A stretch of 64,000 nt of DNA, from NCBI GenBank assembly GCA_944387505.1, contig CALXFG010000004.1:3176-67175 (forward strand). The letters are read 5' to 3'. Shown piece after piece: positions 60,382 to 64,000 of this stretch. The notes beneath the pieces are model-generated. The model saw only the letters and a program-made list of their open reading frames with translations, did not search any database and was not told the origin of the DNA. Position numbers and translations under genes: made by a program. The DNA comes from an uncultured Clostridia bacterium (lineage in GTDB: Bacteria > Bacillota > Clostridia > TANB77 > CAG-508). Positions within the stretch are counted from its first letter, which is position 1; each line of letters opens with the position of its first letter.

Positions 60382-61770
60382 ATGAGTGAAAAAAATGAAG
60401 AAGCAAAATCAACAGAACCAATAGAAGAAACAGAGAAAGTAGAAAAAATAGAGAATGCAAAAAGCAAAGAGAATAAAGAAAAAACAGAAAATACAAAAAA
60501 TAACGAAACGATAGAAAAAGAAGAAAAGGAAACAAAGAAAGAAAAGAAAGGGAAAAAAGGAAAAGTTATCCTTATCTTGATTATCATTTTATTGGTGATT
60601 GCTTTGGCAGCTGGAGGAGGATATTTTGCATATCAATATATAGAAGAAAGCAAACCAATTGAACAAGAATGGGCAGACACCTATTATAACTATATAAAAG
60701 GTTCAGATGAAGAAGAGGCAAGTGAAAGTAGAAAAATACAAAATGATTCCAAAATCGGTTTTATAGAAGTAGCAGATATCGAAGATCCTGTTATGATTGT
60801 AGAATATGAAAAAGATGATGAAGACGTCTCAGATGTATATTATATCAATGAAGGGAAAGTTAGCAATGTGATTAATTTAGGCGTGGGAGATATAGAATTA
60901 TTATATGACATCGATAAAAAAGAATATGATTGGTATATACATACAAAAACAGATACAACAGATACATATACAAAACTTTCAGCACAAATTTTAGGAGAAG
61001 ATACACAAACAACTGAGGAAACATCAACAGAGAAAAACTCTGAAACAACAAATAATACAGAATATACGTTTACAAAAGGAGAAGAAGTATCTGTAGAGAC
61101 AGTAGATGGAGACAAAATATCTATGCCAAAATTTGATACCGTATTTATTGAAACAGATGTTGAGATAGATACTGTAGATTACAATGAAAATATGACAAAC
61201 AAAGAGTTAAAAGAAACCATTGAAGAAGGTGTTGATAAATATAAAACAGAAGAGGAAATCATAACAGAAGATACAAAAAATGAAGTTACAAACAAAGAAA
61301 ATGAAATTACAGAAAAACAAGAAGAAATGAAACAAGCTGAAGAAGAAAAAGAAAAGGCTGAAGAAGAGGCAAGAAAAAAAGCAGAAGAAGAAGCTAAAAA
61401 AGGATTAAAAGTTGGAAACTATACTTTGAAATATGGAACATATACTTGCGATGTGGATGGAGTGGGAAGTGTAGGTGGAACATATGTTATAAAAGAAGAT
61501 GGAACATTTTCATTTTCAAATAATTGGTCAAATATAAATAATGAAAGATTTACTGATACAGGATCAGGAACATATAAGACTTATTTTTCAACTGGAGATG
61601 ACTATGATTCTACACAAGCATGGATTATAGAATTTAATTTTAGCAATTATTATAGTACTTATTTACCAAGTAATTCATATAAAACAGAATATAATGCTTT
61701 TGATGTTACTGGTAATAATAAATTTGAATATAGACAGAGTGTGGGAACATTTACATATCAAGGAAATTAA
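60382..61770 (+). CDS. Single-pass membrane hypothetical protein with coiled-coil stalk
   Basis: E/K-rich cytoplasmic N-terminus, TM, acidic ectodomain, EEEA repeats. Confidence 0.75.
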   Translation: MSEKNEEAKSTEPIEETEKVEKIENAKSKENKEKTENTKNNETIEKEEKETKKEKKGKKGKVILILIIILLVIALAAGGGYFAYQYIEESKPIEQEWADTYYNYIKGSDEEEASESRKIQNDSKIGFIEVADIEDPVMIVEYEKDDEDVSDVYYINEGKVSNVINLGVGDIELLYDIDKKEYDWYIHTKTDTTDTYTKLSAQILGEDTQTTEETSTEKNSETTNNTEYTFTKGEEVSVETVDGDKISMPKFDTVFIETDVEIDTVDYNENMTNKELKETIEEGVDKYKTEEEIITEDTKNEVTNKENEITEKQEEMKQAEEEKEKAEEEARKKAEEEAKKGLKVGNYTLKYGTYTCDVDGVGSVGGTYVIKEDGTFSFSNNWSNINNERFTDTGSGTYKTYFSTGDDYDSTQAWIIEFNFSNYYSTYLPSNSYKTEYNAFDVTGNNKFEYRQSVGTFTYQGN

Positions 61771-61776
61771 TAAAAT

Positions 61777-61815
61777 AAATTGTAACCTTTTAAAATTTAT
61801 TAGGTTACAATTTTT
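61777..61815 (+). terminator. Intrinsic terminator
   Basis: AAATTGTAACC...GGTTACAATTT then TT. Confidence 0.75.
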
Positions 61816-61900
61816 GTTATATAAGCGTTTTATTGTATTTTAAGATAAAATATGATATAAATAATATGTTTAAATATATAAAAAGAAGTGGAGAAATAAA

Positions 61901-62254
61901 GTGGAATTTGAATTAGAAAATAAAATATTTTTATTAGAAGAATATACCAATAAAATTGATATGGAAGAAGCCATTAAAAAATATATTAGAAAATTAAAGG
62001 AGAATTATCCTAGGGCAATTATAACTAGAGAATTTTATAGAAGAAATGCAATACTAGTAAGAGCAACAGAAATAAATAATAAAGCTATTGAAAATCAAAA
62101 AGAAGATAGGCAAAACGAACTAGAAATCGAAGAGATAAGAATAAAAGAAAAAGGGATTAACGGTTTAGGAGAAAATGTTAATAGAACTAATAGAGATGGA
62201 AAATCAAAAGAAAGAGAATTCGGATATAGTGGTGGAAATGAAAGAGAAAGATAA
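61901..62254 (+). CDS. Hypothetical protein
   Basis: GGAG RBS and GTG start, 117 aa; no family recognised. Confidence 0.6.
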   Translation: MEFELENKIFLLEEYTNKIDMEEAIKKYIRKLKENYPRAIITREFYRRNAILVRATEINNKAIENQKEDRQNELEIEEIRIKEKGINGLGENVNRTNRDGKSKEREFGYSGGNERER

Positions 62255-62322
62255 TGAAAGAAATTATAAAGTTTAGTACTTGATATAAAAGCGCAAATTA
62301 TAATAAGAAATGGAGGAAAAAT

Positions 62323-64000
62323 ATGTTTAAATTACATTCAGAATATAAGCCAACAGGAGACCAACCAAAAGCAATTGAATATTTAAGTAAAGGAATAGAA
62401 GAGGGAAAGAAATTCCAGACTTTACTTGGTGTTACTGGTTCTGGTAAAACTTTTACAATGGCAAATATCATTCAAAAAGTACAAAAGCCAACACTTGTTT
62501 TAGCACATAATAAAACATTGGCAGGACAATTATATTCAGAATTTAAAGAATTCTTTCCAGAAAACAATGTGGAATATTTTGTATCTTACTATGATTATTA
62601 TCAACCAGAAAGCTATATTCCTCAATCAGATACCTATATAGAAAAAGATTCTTCTGTTAATGATGAAATTGATAAACTAAGACATTCAGCAACATTATCT
62701 TTATTTGAAACAAGAGATGTGATTATTGTTGCTTCTGTTTCTTGTATTTATGGTTTAGGGGACCCAGAGGATTATCAAGAAATGATGTTATCTTTAAGAC
62801 CAGGAATGCAAAAGGGTAGAGATGAAGTTTTAAGAAAATTAGTTACCATGCAATATACGAGAAATGAAATTGATTTTCAAAGAGGCACTTTTAGAGCAAA
62901 AGGCGATATTGTTGAAATTTACCCATCTGACCAATCTGAATCAGCTATTAGAGTGGAATTTTGGGGAGATGAAATTGAAAAATTAGTAGAAATTAATCCA
63001 TTAACTGGAAAAACGATTGGAACGAGAAGACATGTTTTAATTTCTCCTGCATCTCACTATGTAACAACAAAAAGTAAAATGGAAAGAGCAATTGTGACCA
63101 TAGAAGAGGAATTGGAAGAAAGAATCAAATATTTTAAAGACCATAATAAATTGATTGAGGCACAAAGAATAGAAGAGAGAACAAATTTTGATATTGAAAT
63201 GATGAAAGAAACAGGATTTTGCTCAGGAATTGAAAACTATTCTAGACATATTAGTGGTAGAAAACCTGGAAGTCCTCCATATACTTTATTTGATTATTTT
63301 CCTAAAGATTTCTTATTATTAATTGATGAGTCTCATGCAACTATTCCACAAGTAAGAGCTATGTATAATGGAGATCATTCTAGAAAAGAATCTTTAGTAA
63401 ATTATGGATTCAGGCTACCTTCTGCTTTTGATAATAGACCTTTAACATTTGAAGAATTTGAGAAAAAATTAAATCAAGTCATATTTGTTAGTGCTACACC
63501 AGGTGATTATGAAAAAGAACATAGTAAAGAAAATGTTGTTGAACAAATTATCAGGCCAACTGGATTATTAGATCCTAAAATAGAGGTAAAACCAGTAACT
63601 AATCAAATAGATGATTTATTAGAACAAATTCGTATCAGAATAGAAAAAAATGAGAGAGTTTTAGTAACGACTTTAACGAAAAAAATGGCAGAAGATTTAA
63701 CAGATTATTTAAAAGGTTTAGATATTAAAGTCACTTATATGCATTCTGATACGAAAACACTTGAAAGAATGGAAATTATTCGAAATTTAAGATTAGGTGA
63801 ATTTGATGTTTTAGTTGGTATCAACTTATTAAGAGAAGGATTAGATATTCCAGAGGTATCTTTAGTTGCGATATTAGATGCAGATAAAGAAGGTTTCTTA
63901 CGTTCGGAGAGGTCTTTAATACAAACCATCGGAAGGGCAGCAAGAAATACAGATGGGACAGTAATTATGTATGCCGATGAATTAACAGAAAGTATGGAAA
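62323..64000 (+). CDS. uvrB: Excinuclease ABC subunit B, 3' truncated by the window edge (absent from the ORF track)
   Basis: [72 protein letters not shown]; GGAGG RBS. Confidence 0.97.
   Translation, partial: MFKLHSEYKPTGDQPKAIEYLSKGIEEGKKFQTLLGVTGSGKTFTMANIIQKVQKPTLVLAHNKTLAGQLYSEFKEFFPENNVEYFVSYYDYYQPESYIPQSDTYIEKDSSVNDEIDKLRHSATLSLFETRDVIIVASVSCIYGLGDPEDYQEMMLSLRPGMQKGRDEVLRKLVTMQYTRNEIDFQRGTFRAKGDIVEIYPSDQSESAIRVEFWGDEIEKLVEINPLTGKTIGTRRHVLISPASHYVTTKSKMERAIVTIEEELEERIKYFKDHNKLIEAQRIEERTNFDIEMMKETGFCSGIENYSRHISGRKPGSPPYTLFDYFPKDFLLLIDESHATIPQVRAMYNGDHSRKESLVNYGFRLPSAFDNRPLTFEEFEKKLNQVIFVSATPGDYEKEHSKENVVEQIIRPTGLLDPKIEVKPVTNQIDDLLEQIRIRIEKNERVLVTTLTKKMAEDLTDYLKGLDIKVTYMHSDTKTLERMEIIRNLRLGEFDVLVGINLLREGLDIPEVSLVAILDADKEGFLRSERSLIQTIGRAARNTDGTVIMYADELTESME

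Noticed and set aside
62255-62322. SOS box or consensus promoter before uvrB
   Set aside because: No GAAC-N4-GTTC match; TTGATA and TATAAT are only 13 nt apart.
36-63929. All minus-strand ORFs and small nested plus-strand ORFs in the track (e.g. 646-1152, 10727-10960, 45237-45677, 46945-47133, 63735-63929)
   Set aside because: They overlap well-supported + strand genes, look like antisense shadows of AT-rich coding DNA, and lack recognisable motifs.

Overview
Very AT-rich chromosomal window from a spore-forming Clostridia-type firmicute (inferred from spoVFB, a Spo0A_C domain, LexA boxes and a sortase motif). Every credible gene is on the + strand. 1-27 kb is a cell-wall polysaccharide locus: two Ig-like repeat surface proteins (one an amidase), a pyruvyltransferase, an MBOAT/DHHW acylation pair, Wzm/Wzt, many GT2/GT4 enzymes, three GT-C transferases, GtrAB-type flippase sets and DedA. 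27-35 kb holds an attenuator-controlled ABC-F, a BceRS-BceAB-YxeA module and a transglycosylase. 35-52 kb is mixed envelope, sporulation and housekeeping genes. 52-62 kb is an uncharacterised operon of membrane-anchored proteins, followed by uvrB (truncated). No rRNA, tRNA, CRISPR, transposase or phage genes were seen. The most unusual signals are: (i) a +1 frameshift exactly at a CGG codon, which host genes here otherwise appear not to use; (ii) a family of 125-nt covarying hairpins present as filled and empty sites that supply stop codons and RBSs; (iii) several other dispersed palindromic repeats and a 186-nt hairpin with 6S-like geometry; (iv) Ig-like repeats with an invariant RVYNNRFRG motif beside a pyruvyltransferase; (v) a second BceR box in front of a DedA/VTT gene. 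Family assignments come from motif recognition only; no database search was run.
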